This document shows, one piece after another, positions 37,973 through 50,491 of a stretch of DNA of 64,000 nt; positions within the stretch are counted from its first letter, which is position 1; the number at the start of each line of letters is the position of its first letter. The stretch is from NCBI RefSeq assembly GCF_001194135.2, contig NC_068992.1, positions 52,211,287-52,275,286 on the forward strand, given 5' to 3'. The translations under genes were made by a program, and so were the position numbers. Source of the DNA: Octopus bimaculoides (lineage: Eukaryota). Under the pieces are notes generated by a model, which did no database searches, had not been told where the DNA came from, and saw nothing but the letters and a program-made list of their open reading frames with translations.

Positions 37973-38583
37973 ACTAGTTGTAATACATGAACTGTGAATA
38001 ATTCTATTTGCAGGATGATACCTTCCTAATATAGATATTTCTTATATGTTATTGTATGTAAAATGTACAGGACGTTTGTCATTTTTCATAGAGTTCATAA
38101 AGTTTAGTTTTATTTTCAGTTCATGCTACAAACTGAAAGTAATGTGACCGTAAGTAGTGTACTGACCTTTGGTGAATGTGAAGATGTGCTTTGAAAATGT
38201 CACACAACAGTAGACTAAAAGAAGCTTGCATCAATTTTTATTATTTCAATTGTAATACACTGCATTGCTCGTTTTGTTTTTTCAGAAGAGTAATAGAAGT
38301 GAAGAGTCACTGTGTCATTTAAGATTTCATTTCCTGACCAGACTTCCCTTGTACTTGCTACAAGGTCATACGAAAATGGTTTGTTGTCTCTGAAGTGATC
38401 CTCTCAGATAATCTTATCAGGAAATGCTAAAAACTGGAAAACCTATTCTGTTCTAGACTCGAAACAGATCTATAGCAACTGAGATATTCATTAACCATTT
38501 AACATTTAGGTTACTCTGTTGAATGTGATGTTTATTGATTCACATTGCTTTGAATTGATCCTGCATTATGTTTTAGCTTTCAA

Positions 38584-38795
38584 AGCCAGTGAGCAGGCAG
38601 AATTGTTAGCACACCAGGCAAAATACTTAGCAACATTTCATCTGTCTTTACATTCTGAGTTCTAATTCTGCTGTGATAGTCTCCAACTTTTATACTTTTG
38701 GGATTGATAAAATAAGTACCGACTGAATAGTGGGGGTCAATGTAATTGACCTTACTTACTGAACTTACTGAAATTGTGCCAAAATTTGAAGTCAT
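38584..38795 (+). mobile_element. SINE family C
   Basis: GGCAGAATTGTTAGCAC..GATAAAATAAGTACC..GTGCCAAAATTTGAA. Confidence 0.75.
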
Positions 38796-40004
38796 TCCGT
38801 TTTAGCTTTGAGATTTTGATGATGTGATTATTTATTTTTAGAATAGCATTGTAGGGTAGGTGTGAGAGGCCAGATCTGGTCACTTTGAAAAGGAGACAAG
38901 AAGAATGTTTGAGTCAGTTTAAATGCTAAACAGTTAATCTTTCAAGTGTTAATGTATCAGCTTTCAAAGTGCACTAAACCCTCTTTTGCTAATCCTAGTC
39001 TTCCTACCTTATATATTTCAAAGAGTTTGGCTTGTTTGAGTAATATCACAGCATGCTTTCGAAATGCAAATTAAAGTAGTTATGTATATTGTCTTCTACG
39101 TATATTACGTGTGATAAATCATTGTATTTTATTTACATTATACATTCAACAAATATGTACTCTGAATTAACAGCTGGAATTTTGATGTAAACATTATTAA
39201 ACATTATAATCACAATTTTAAGACAGAAAAGACAAATAGATTTGTTAAGTGAGACATGTTTCTCTTTCCTGTCTCAGACTGTCGTTTATAATGTCCTCTG
39301 TCAAACAGTGTGAAATAGTCCAGACTGAAATAACAGTTTATTTTAAGAGAAGAGATAAGAAAATGAAATCTCTTAAATACTTCAGAACAACATTGTTTTT
39401 AAATCCGTATATTGTCTTGGATTTTTAATATATCAGCACATGAAGAAAGCATTTAAAATTACATTTCCTCACCATCTTTGGTTAAATATTATGGTGCAAA
39501 AGTATCTAATTCAGATTAAATGTCTATAGAAAAAATGTCTATAGTAAATAATTTACAAAAGAACAGTTTTCTGATATCTTTATTCAACATATTTGATGTT
39601 AGCATTGAAATTTCATTAAATTTCTGTTCTAATGCAAGCTTCAGTTAACTCTTTGATTACTACAATATAGTTAATGAAGACTACCAATACATTCCAGTAA
39701 ATTTTGAAAAGAATCAAGAACTGGAAGGACTTAGAGAAACAACTGAAAATGCTATGAATAAAATGGTGTTTGCAACATAAACTGATAAAAGTCTTTTGTA
39801 CAAAAGTATGGTAAAAAATGCTCTGATTTAATAAGAAAACTTTGATATTAGATTTTATATATCATAGTACCAAATGAGGTCCAAGAAGGGCTGGTACAAG
39901 AAGGGTTCAGTGTATATTAGGTCAAATCTGGTACTATAGAAGCTATTTAGAATTAAAAATCACCCTATGTATGTATGTTATATATTATATGTTATATTCT
40001 TTAA

Positions 40005-40270
40005 TTCGTTTATTCTTTTCTTCTATTTATTTCAGTCATGTGACTGTGGTCATGCTGGAAACTAGGACTTATTTTTTGTAAGCTTATACTTATTCTACAG
40101 GGAACATTTGCTGAACTGCTAAGTTATGGAAACATAAACTCACTAACATTGGTTGTCAAGCAATGATGGTGGGACAAACACAGACACACAAACATATACA
40201 TATATACACACACATATATATATATATATATACACAAACGATGGGCTTCTTACCACACAGTCACTCCTGC
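40005..40270 (-). mobile_element. SINE family B (internally deleted)
   Basis: TTTCAGTCATGTGACTG.. and TTACCACACAGTCACTCCTGC head. Confidence 0.75.
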
Positions 40271-40271
40271 A

Positions 40272-40311
<40 letters not shown>

Positions 40312-40500
40312 TATATGTGACAGGTTTCTGTCAAGCTCATTTCTTGACCAGCTGGTTATGGCTGCACTTCATAATAATGTATATTCTGGATTATAGGATT
40401 AACCAAGTGTCCTAATTTACCTTAGCCACAAACATGTATTGCCTCAGTATTGTAAAATATTCTGAACAGACTGAGTGATGAATTAATATTGCTACTCATT

Positions 40501-40985
40501 AAGGCAGCAAGCTGGCAGAAATGTTAGCACGCCCGGCGGAATGCTTAGCGGTATTTCGTTTGCCGCTATGTTCCGAGTTCAAATTCTGCTGAGGTCGACT
40601 TTGCCTTGCATCCTTTCAGGGCCGATTAGATAAGTACCAGTTACACACTGGGGTCGATATAATCGACTTAATCCCTTTGTCTGTCCTTGTTTGTCCCCTC
40701 TGTGTGTAGCCCCTAGTGAGCAGTAAAGAAATAAGAAACGTTAGCATGCTAGGTGAAATGCTTAGCAGTATTTCTTCTGTCTTTGCATTCTGAGTTCAAA
40801 TTCTGCCGAGGTCAACTTTGCCTTTCATCCTTTCAGGGTCGATTAAATAAGTACCAGTTACACACACTGGGGTCNNNNNNNNNNGGTCGATTAAATAAGT
40901 ACCAGTTACACACACTGGGGTCGATGTAATCGACTGGGCCCCCCCCCCAAATTTCAGGCCTTGTGCTTAGAGTAGTAAAGAATAT
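40501..40985 (+). mobile_element. SINE family C head-to-tail multimer (relatively young)
   Basis: Full head AAGCTGGCAGAAATGTTAGCACGCCCGGCG; second monomer joined at AAGAAAC|GTTAGCA; CpGs retained. Confidence 0.9.
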
Positions 40986-42308
40986 TCTTACTCTTAATCA
41001 TGTTTGATTTATCAAATATACAGAGAAAAGCCAATGTTTATGCTATTATGGGTTGAAGCACCAAACTCAATTATTTTCTTTCCATGAATTGTAAATTGAT
41101 AATTATTATCATCACAGTTATTTGATTATCAAAGTTTGATTTTGAAAAATATTTTTCACAGTTAGTGTATGGCAGACTTCATAAAGGCTTCAAAAACATT
41201 ACGCTCTCACAAGGAGTGTAGCTTTTTCTTGTTATTGTGATTGATATATTTGACATATTTGAAGGATATGCTTTTACGATCTAAGATCAGAGAGAGCTAC
41301 AAAACATCTAATCAATAAAAGCCTCAAAGCCACGAAGAAGTGACAGAAAATATTGACCATTTCACATTTCTTTCCAGAATATAACATGTAGTTGCAGCAG
41401 CAGCAGCAGCAGTAGCAGCCCTAAACTATCTTCAAAAGTATTATTTTTCCTCTCAAGTATGATGTTATTGCTAATAGAATATAGAATGTGATCCTGAAGA
41501 AAATGTTGGCCAGAGGTAAGTGTGAAAAATATCAGTTATATAGAATTCCTACAAACCTTTCAATGTGAAGAATATTGGAGGATATTTTCGATAGAACAAG
41601 TTCCAATCAATTCAGACTATAAAGCAAGCACAGTTAAGGTCAGTTTCAAAAAGTGGGAAGTCTGTTATTGAAATCAGCTGCCCAGAAGATGTTTACATCT
41701 ATTTCAAAGTGAGGAAAAAGACAGGGCATTCACCAATGGTAGAATCAGAACATGCTGTTATGATAACCTAATTACATATTCACATTTCGCCTATAATTAT
41801 TTGCGGACTTTGGCAAAGTTACCAAATGTTTATGAGGTAACCTTGAAAATTAGTGGTTTATGGGAAAAGAAGATGAATGGGCATTATGATAATCCCATCT
41901 GAAAGCAGAATGATAAGCTTTAATGTTATGTCGAAGTTTAGCAAATGAACATTTTAGTGCATAACTGTGAATGAGCTAAAGCCTGCCTAATGCTTTCAAG
42001 CACTCTACAATATTAAAGTAGTATATACATATGCACACACGCACACACATACACACACACACACACTCACACACACATGTATATTTATATATATACGTAT
42101 TTAAATGTATGTGTATTTTTTCAATGTGTACAAATAACACAGAAAAAATAAATAAATAGTTACCAGGGTAGCAAAAATTCACATAAGGGCAAAAAGTGTT
42201 ACAGCCTACTTATAAAGGTAGAAATTCCAGGGTTTAGTGAAATGTTTTTAGATAACATAGATAAATTAAGAAATGGAGTTAAACGCAGGCATTATTCAAA
42301 TCTTTATA

Positions 42309-42396
42309 CTTCCGACATATGTTTCGAAGAAAACATTGCTATTATTCCTGAGGGAATAAGATGATGTAAAACAATGTAACCATCTCATCAGGGCAA
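42309..42396 (-). ncRNA. Type I hammerhead ribozyme candidate with extended stem II
   Basis: TTGCC-CTGATGA-[59-nt stem II incl. ACATTG/CAATGT and TTATTCC/GGAATAA]-GAAA-CATATG-TC|GGAAG; palindromic stem III ACATATGT, GUC site. Confidence 0.55.
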
Positions 42397-42964
42397 AAAG
42401 AGAAACAAAACACATCAATAAGCCATTTTAACCGAATGTAATTACCACATATATGATGAAGGGAATGCTGGCAAGTTATTTTTTAACAAACCTTTAATAG
42501 ATTTAAAATCAAAGGCAATTTAGAGAAAGAGGAGACAGAGAAAGAAAGAAATTAACAAAAAATTAAGAGTGGAGAAATATAGTGTGATAGATGAATGGCT
42601 TCCCAGGAACTAGGCTCTACTTTTGACTCATCCTGTATATATATAAATCCTTTTTATACTGCATGGTTAAGGCTTGTGGGTACTAGAATAGAATCAATCC
42701 TCAGAATATAATTTTGTTTTAAAAGAGAAGTCAATCATCGGAAATTCTTCTACAAACTGGAATTTATGATAATGTACCATCATAGTTCTGTTAAACATGG
42801 AATTCTGTGGATAATACTTAAAACTTCAAACATGGAACATATAAATGCTGGAAGTTATAATCTGTCAAACAGTCAAATAGCTTTTTCCATGGGCCCACTA
42901 AACTTTTACAAGACATACAAGTTGGTATCAGACTAATGGTTTATAACAGTATTTAGTATCGGTT

Positions 42965-43170
42965 TTAAGTTTTGGCAAAAGTTAAAAATTTTGGCAGAGG
43001 GATAGGTCAATAAGATCGAGTCTGGTGCTCAGTTGGTACTTAATTTACTGACCTTGAAAGGATGAAAGCAAAGTTGTCCTTGGCAGAATTCGAACTTAAA
43101 ACATAAGAACAGACAAAATGCTGCTTAATATTTTGGCATGTGTGCTAACAATTCAGCCAGCTCACCATCA
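42965..43170 (-). mobile_element. SINE family C
   Basis: TTGGTACTTAATTTA..GAAAGGATGAAAG..GTGCTAACAATTCAGCCAGCTC. Confidence 0.75.
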
Positions 43171-44204
43171 TTGAACAGTATTTAATATCAACAGGATGGA
43201 ATATATGATTTTGCAATATGGACATTTAAGAGTAAATTGTTAATTTTAATGCAACTGATCAAAACAAGTAATACAGCAACAAAATTCCGTGGTGTGATGA
43301 TATGCTTTTGTTGTGCAACAATGACAACATTTATTGAGATCTCTATTAAAAACTAGAAAACTAAGTACAAGAGTTGAGTATGGTGGCTGAACGCTTTGTG
43401 AACTAGTATGTTTAATGTGAATGTATTGTACATAATAATTTTAGATAAGTTACAAGGAAAAACACATACATGAAAATTATTCAATGTAAGAGATACCTCA
43501 CAAGATGCTGTTAAAACTGGAATAGAAATTTGGAAAAACCTTTTGTTTATATAATGGACGATATTAAACAATGTAGAATTAAGTATTTGACAACAGCTTA
43601 ATCATATAAATATGATAAACAACAGCAACATTTTTATCTGAAAATTATGTAAATAGAATTAACAACATAGATTACATTAATATTGAATAATCAAATCCCA
43701 ACTTATATAGAAGAGGTAGTTCATTATGAATTAAATGTTATTTTACAATGGGCGTATGACATTTCTAATTGGAAGTGAATAATGTGAAGTTCCATCCAAT
43801 CTAAATGAAGAGAATTTTTGTAAGAAGAGGTTTGGAGAGAAAGAACACGTAAACAAGTGGTGGGGAAGCTGATCTCAAGAAACTGAATCTCAGAAAGGAA
43901 ATGAAAAGGTACAATATCAAGTAGTGATACATTATGTAGGAGAAAACTCCATTTATCCCCTGCAATCATGAATAAGAAAATGAACATGAATTGATAATGA
44001 TAATGAAGATGATGTACTAGAGATATAGAAATAATAGCAAGGTGTCCAATATTTAGAATCATAGCTCACCGTTTTAAGATCAAATTCTGTTGCTGTTCCT
44101 TTGTCTTTAGTAGATGATGAGACAAAAAAGTTGCAGGTATTAAAATTCATTTGATTTACTTGCCTTTTTTTTTTTTAATTGTTTCATACTGACGAAAACA
44201 TTCA

Positions 44205-44372
44205 TATGCACGATGGACTTCTGCACAGTTTCTCTCTGCCAAATTCACTGAAAGGCATTTGCCAGCCTGAGGTTATAGTGGAAGATACATGCCCAAGATG
44301 GCACATACTGTAACAGAACCTGAAAATGCAAAGTTCTGAAGCAAACATTTTAACCACCCAGTCATTCATGCA
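44205..44372 (-). mobile_element. SINE family B, 5' half (old)
   Basis: CAGTTTCTCTCTGCCAAATTCAC..ATGCCCAAGATGGCAC. Confidence 0.6.
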
Positions 44373-45464
44373 CAACGTTTTATTCTGACTGCTATTTAGA
44401 TATTATACTATCCTTCATGGTAGATTATTATATCTTGCATTAATGGGGCATCAGATACCTGCACCTCTATTATGTCATATTCTATCGAAGAGCAGGTGTG
44501 ATATGAAGAATGATAGTTCTACACCGGAAATTACAAAATTTGCAATGCACATTGAAATCCACACTGTTCTCTCATTACATGAAATGGTATTGGAACATTG
44601 ATTCGTGCTGATCAAATTAGGAATGCATAACTTGAAGCATATGAATGCAATAACAGTTAAAATAAGAGTGATGGTGATGGTGCCAATAACGATAATGGTA
44701 CTTCATCAAATTTCAGGAACTACCAATGTTGATATTAACATGAGACAGGATGATCCAATAAGTGGTGAAAATTTCATTAGAAGTGTTCATTCCACATGTT
44801 TCAGGGATATAGAGAGATAATGATTCCTATAAACTCAACTTATATTATTGTCATACAATATGTTATATATCACATATATTTTATTAATTGTTTTATCCTT
44901 TACAAAGCAACGGCTACACTTTGCTGTTAAAGGAATGAATACAAAGAGTTAGAAATTGCAAAACTTTATGCACATCCAAATATGAAATTATTTACTGGAC
45001 AAGACAGGAAGCAGCTTAACATGATTATGAAGACAGTGAAGACATCATATCAATGCAAATCTGTCAACACACACACACACACACATACACAGACACAGAG
45101 CGCTATTAGTTAATTAAATGAACAAACAAACAGTTTCTTGGCCTTCCTATTCTTAACCCAATAGAACATTCAGGATGTGACAACTCAAAGGTAAGAAGGC
45201 TGCATCAGTATGTAAAATAAAGGTCTTTGTTCAACATCACAAAGTACTACACAGTCTAAGAATTTAAAACACTCGAGTTATCTAAATATCCTGCCATTTT
45301 CTTTCTCACCTTGAAAATATACAGCACAAGAAAGGAGTATGTGTGACATATAGATGTGCCATGAGGTGGCGGTTTCACAACCATTTGATCTAAGTATTTA
45401 CATTGGTACAACAAGTAATTCATAGTAATTACCTTTTTTATACGTCATATTCTATTTACAAGGA

Positions 45465-45677
45465 ATGTTTTGTCGAGTCTTGCATGGAAACGGAGCTACG
45501 GATAAATTTGAAGTAAAAACAGGAGTTCGACGGGGCTGTATACATTCTCCCTTTTTAGTTCTACTAGTTATAGATTGGATTATGAAGAAAACTACGATTG
45601 AAAGTCAAACGGGCATTGAATGGACGGATGCAGAAGCTCTAGAAGATCTCGACTTTGCAGATGATATAGCGCTACTC
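45465..45677 (+). pseudogene. Non-LTR (RTE-like) reverse-transcriptase core fragment
   Basis: FEVKTGVRRGCIHSPFL..IDWIMK..GIEW..LEDLDFADDIALL contains the RT GVRQG.SP and (Y/F)ADD motifs. Confidence 0.9.
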
Positions 45678-45821
45678 GTCGTTTAACGTCCGCTTTCCAA
45701 GCTAGCATGGGTTGGACGATTTGACTGAGGACTGGTGGACCAGGAGGCGACACCAGGCTCCAATCTGATTTGGCAGAATTTCTACAGCTGGATGCCCTTC
45801 CTAACGCCAACCACTCCAAGA

Positions 45822-45825
<4 letters not shown>
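45678..45825 (-). mobile_element. RTE 3' UTR copy (family A)
   Basis: GTTTAACGTCCGCTTTCCAAGCTAGCATGGGTTGGACG..CTGGATGCCCTTCCTAACGCCAACC. Confidence 0.85.
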
Positions 45826-45899
<74 letters not shown>

Positions 45900-47662
45900 A
45901 TATTTAGTACAAATACATATTTATGTAGACACATATATATTCATACATACACACACACTCACTAACATATACACACATATCTTTGTTTTAACATTGATAT
46001 TTGCTTGTGTACATTGATCAGACAATACTTTATCAAGATTCAAGTTTCTAGGATCAGGAGCCTTTGAAAAGGCTGAAAGCTGAAAGAATCATTAACTCAT
46101 TGCACATAACGTTTTGTGGCTTTTTTTCCTCTTCTTTACATTTTGAGTTCAAATTCTGCTGAGGTCAGCTTTGGATTTCTTTCCCTTAAGTTTGATAAAA
46201 TTTAGTACCAGTCAAATATAAGGGCTGATGCAGTCATCTAGACTCCTTCTCTAAAAAACAAAGTCTGTCTTTGAGACCCACAACAGACCAGCATCTTTTT
46301 CATGTGTAATGTAGAATGTGGTCACTTACACACCTTGGAAACAGAGTAACTGACCTTCTGAATCCTAGGGTTCAGAAAAAAAAAAACGTGCTTTTCATGT
46401 TACTAACATCTCAACACTTTTCAAACAAGCTAATAATCTCACTAAGCTTCAAACATGCTTTGATGGACATGCTTCACAGAGAACTGCAAACAAGCGAAAC
46501 CATTTGCATGAATGGTAACACTTTGTTTACAATCACTATGCACATGTCAAGACACGCCAGCTCTACAAATCTAAAAAGAAACATTTATCTATGAAACATA
46601 GTAATCCATACAATCCTTGATTTCAAGGCCATATTGATTATCCCTGTTTTATTTAATTGAATGACTCAGTTCACATTTAACTTGCCTTTAATACAGCAAT
46701 TTGCTTAAATAATAATCCTATTTTGCCAGTACAAAACATATGAATAAACTTGTAACAATCATATACACGAATTTCATATAAATTCATATTTGTTGAATTT
46801 ATGTTTCTAACACTATTTGGTGTTTTGGAGACATGGCATTTATATATTTATTTGCTGAGAGGTGAATTGAGCGATTATATTGTGGTTTCATTCCATCTGG
46901 AAAATTGATATGGGTTTGGGAACCAAATGATGTAAAGGTGTTGGTGTATCTGTACAAGCATACGAAAATTCATTGAATATAAATGCACCCAGTATATTCT
47001 CTAGAGTAGAAAATGCAGAATTATGAGCTCCCTTTATTCAACCTCTCTGGTATTGGTACCATGAAAAATATACCTAATATACTCTGTAAAGTGGTTTGCA
47101 ATTGGAGGGGTATCAAACTATAGAAACCAAGTTAAATGACAAATCCAATTGTCAGTCTATAGAAGCAACAAATCTTTAATTTTCTAGATTTTTAGTAATA
47201 AATATATCTCATTTCTTTTATTGAACTAATAATATCTACTAGTTACATTTTAATTATATTACTAAAATTCCCTTCAATTTATCAAAAAATGCTCTTATTA
47301 ATTTATAATTTTCACTTTGCATTCCTATTGCGTTACGTCAAGAATCTACAATTTAACAAAGACTTTCTTTCACCTGAAGCTGTAGCTTAAATTCTGCCTT
47401 ACTTTGAAGAATTTTTTGCACTTATGCAGTCATCTAAGTAATTTATTTATTAAATTACAAAACAATTTCTCATGAATTTAGAATCTTCTCGTTGTTAAAC
47501 TATTTCTCTGTCGTTAATTACTTTATACACATCTTCTCATTTTCTCTTGTATATCACTAAATATTCTCTGTGTTTTGTAGAATGATACATTAAGGAGATT
47601 TTTTTATGAGTACTACCACATCACTTGAATCCATATATTGTGACTTAAATATATGTATATAT

Positions 47663-47990
47663 ATCATCATCATCATCATCGTTTAACATCAGCTTTCCAT
47701 GCTATCATGGGTTGAACAATTTGACTGAGGACTGGTGAAACTGGATGGCAACACCAGGCTCCAATCTGATTTGGCAGAGTCTCTACAGTTGGATGCCCTT
47801 CCTAACGCCAACCACTCAGAGAGTGTAGTGGGTGCTTTTACGTGTCACCCGCACAAAGGCCAGTCAAGCGGTACTGGCAACGGCCACACTCAAAATGGTG
47901 TATTTCATGTGCCACCCACACAAGAGCCAGTCCAGGGCCACTGGCAACGATCTCGCTCGAAAATTCTACGAAGGCCAGTCAGGCGGTACT
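47663..47990 (-). mobile_element. RTE 3' UTR copy (family A)
   Basis: (ATC)n tail on the left; same body as 45678-45825. Confidence 0.85.
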
Positions 47991-48043
47991 GTATATATAT
48001 ATATATATATATCGGAAATAAGTAATAAGGATGTGAAGGTGAT

Positions 48044-48431
48044 GGCACATAAAAAGCAACATTCAAGTGTGGTTGTTGCCAGTGCTGCCTGACTGGCTCC
48101 CATGCTGGTGGCAAATAAAAAGCACTATTTGAGTGTGGTCGTTGCCAGTGCCACCCAACTGGCTCCCATGCTGGCGGCACATAAAAAACACCATTCAAGC
48201 ATGGTCAATGCCAGTACTGCTTGACTGGTCCTCATGCCGGTGGCACAAAATAAGAGAAAACTCCCACTAAACTCTTGGAGTGGTTGTTGTTAGGAAGGAC
48301 ATCCAGCTGTAGAAACCTTGCCAGATGAGATTGAACCCTGGTACAGCCTTCTGGCTTGCAAGTCTTCAGTCAATCCATCTAACCCATGCCAACATGGAAA
48401 GCAGACGTTAAATAACGATGATGATGATGAT
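48044..48431 (+). mobile_element. RTE 3' UTR copy (family A) with 3 x 66-bp internal repeat
   Basis: Units start 48044, 48110, 48176 (fourth begins 48242); ends GCAGACGTTAAATAACGATGATGATGAT. Confidence 0.85.
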
Positions 48432-49088
48432 ACGTGTCAAGACTTACCTTTCATAGCTAATTTCATTTAGAATCACACTATTAATAACATACATCACATA
48501 ATAGAATTTTTTTCTGCAGAGTGAGATCCCCTTTATGCATTTATAATTAAACAAAACTAATTATTTACAGTACTGTTTAGATATTAATATTGATTTAACA
48601 GCTACAATTATAAATTTAATATTAATTTTTATTAATTTTAAAGCAATTCTAGGGAATCAAAATCTCGTGTATTTATTTTTATGCACAGTGTAACATGCCA
48701 AATGTGAAAATGAATGTCTCTAAATCTATTGTCTAAACCTATTACATTAAAGAAATCAACATATGCGATTAATATGATACATACACACACAGATATATAT
48801 ATATATTGTATGTATATATACATGCGTGTGTGTATGTATGTATCTGTGTATGTATGAGTAATACTTGATTTGCTTTTAATCTTACAGAAATAGAAAATGA
48901 TTGTGATATAAAATGATGTGTGTGTGTGTGTGTGTGTGTGCGTGTGTGCGTGTGTGTATGCCTGTTACACTGACAGGAGAGCTCAATCATAACTGTCTTA
49001 AAATTCTATTACTCATTATTGAGTGATAGGAAATATATTTCCTCTTTCACTCATGCAATGCTGTCAAGACCCATGCATACACACACAT

Positions 49089-49160
<72 letters not shown>

Positions 49161-49253
49161 CCTGTTGTAAGATACTAGTCATATTAAAGAACAAGAAGAT
49201 GATCATTGTCTCTTTGCAACAACTCTGACATGAAGCAAGCAATATACTACATG

Positions 49254-49303
<50 letters not shown>

Positions 49304-49399
49304 GCAATTGATTGATCTATTTATTTAGTTATCTGTCTGTCTATCTATGTATCTTTATAAGTATGTGTGTATATAAATACGTGTGTATGTATGTATATT

Positions 49400-49430
<31 letters not shown>

Positions 49431-49441
49431 GCATGTATATT

Positions 49442-49443
<2 letters not shown>

Positions 49444-49527
<84 letters not shown>
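49444..49527. repeat. (TA)n microsatellite
   Basis: About 42 perfect TA units. Confidence 0.95.
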
Positions 49528-49531
<4 letters not shown>

Positions 49532-49819
49532 CACAAACACATATATCAGGGCTTAGTATGTCTTCAAGATAGTGTATTGTTGTGGTTGTTTTGGAGCAAT
49601 AGGTTATAGTCGTTGACATTTTAGGAAACGTTCCACTTAATAAATGAGGTTTTAAATATTAGAGATAACTTTAGCTACCCCCACCTTCGCCTCACCACCC
49701 CCCACAGTAACTATGTTCTGGTGGAACTTATTATGGGAATTTAACAGGTTTACTCTTTGTAAAGCTGTAGAATTATCATAGTTCTGTCATAAAATGTAAT
49801 GGAAACTATGGCAACTATT

Positions 49820-50215
49820 ATTGTTTCTTCTTTTTTCTCTTCTTCTTTTTCTTCTTCTTCTTCTACTTATTCTTCCTCCCCTCCTCTTCGTTTCCTTCCT
49901 CCTCCTCCTCCTCCTTATCCTCCTCTCTTCTTCTTCTTATTCTTATTCTTCACCTCCTCTTCGTTTCCTTCCTCCTCCTCCTCCTTATCCTCCTCTCTTC
50001 TTCTTCTTCTCACCTTCTCCTTTGCATTCTCCTCCTCTTCTTCCTTCTTTAACCCTCCCTTTCATCACCCTTCCTCACTCCTCACCACTTTCCCCCCTGC
50101 ACTACAAACCCACCCACCACTACTCCGCCATGCCTTCCACCTCCTTCCCATCATCCACTCTCCTTTCTTCCTTCGTCTCCTCCGCCTCTTCTTCCCTCCT
50201 CCTTCCCTACCCCCT
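49820..50215. repeat. Polypyrimidine (TTC/TCC)n tract with internal 73-bp-period duplication
   Basis: CCTCCTCTTCGTTTCCTTCC at 49880 and 49953. Confidence 0.9.
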
Positions 50216-50411
50216 TTTTTGTATTGACGTAGCTGCAACAAAGATGCATTTCACTCTGCTTCACCATGAACCTCTATCCCCACCCTATTAGCTTAGGGAT
50301 TCAAAAGCCTTTTACTTTCCCTCCAATTTACCTCATATTTACACATTTACAAATGTATCTGATTACTCAAGTTTCTTTTTGGGGTTAACGGTTATTTTTC
50401 AAAGGAATCTC

Positions 50412-50491
50412 CAGTGGCTGGATAACTGAAGAGATGTTGGAGTGGACCCCCACCATGGCATCTGAAACTCGGAGTTTTATCATGGCTACTG
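50412..50491 (+). ncRNA. Type I hammerhead ribozyme candidate (best in window)
   Basis: Stem I 14 bp (50412-25 with 50477-91; 3 G.U, 1 bulge); CTGAAGA 50426-32; stem II GATG/CATC plus GTGG/CCAC; extra U; GAAA 50464-67; CTC-G-GAG; GUU site after 50476. Confidence 0.7.

Noticed and set aside
40837-40922. Exact 38-bp duplication
   Set aside because: Flanks a 10-N gap; almost certainly an unmerged contig overlap
48044-48247. Regularly spaced repeats resembling a CRISPR array
   Set aside because: Whole 66-bp units repeat with no unique spacers; eukaryotic LINE context; no cas genes
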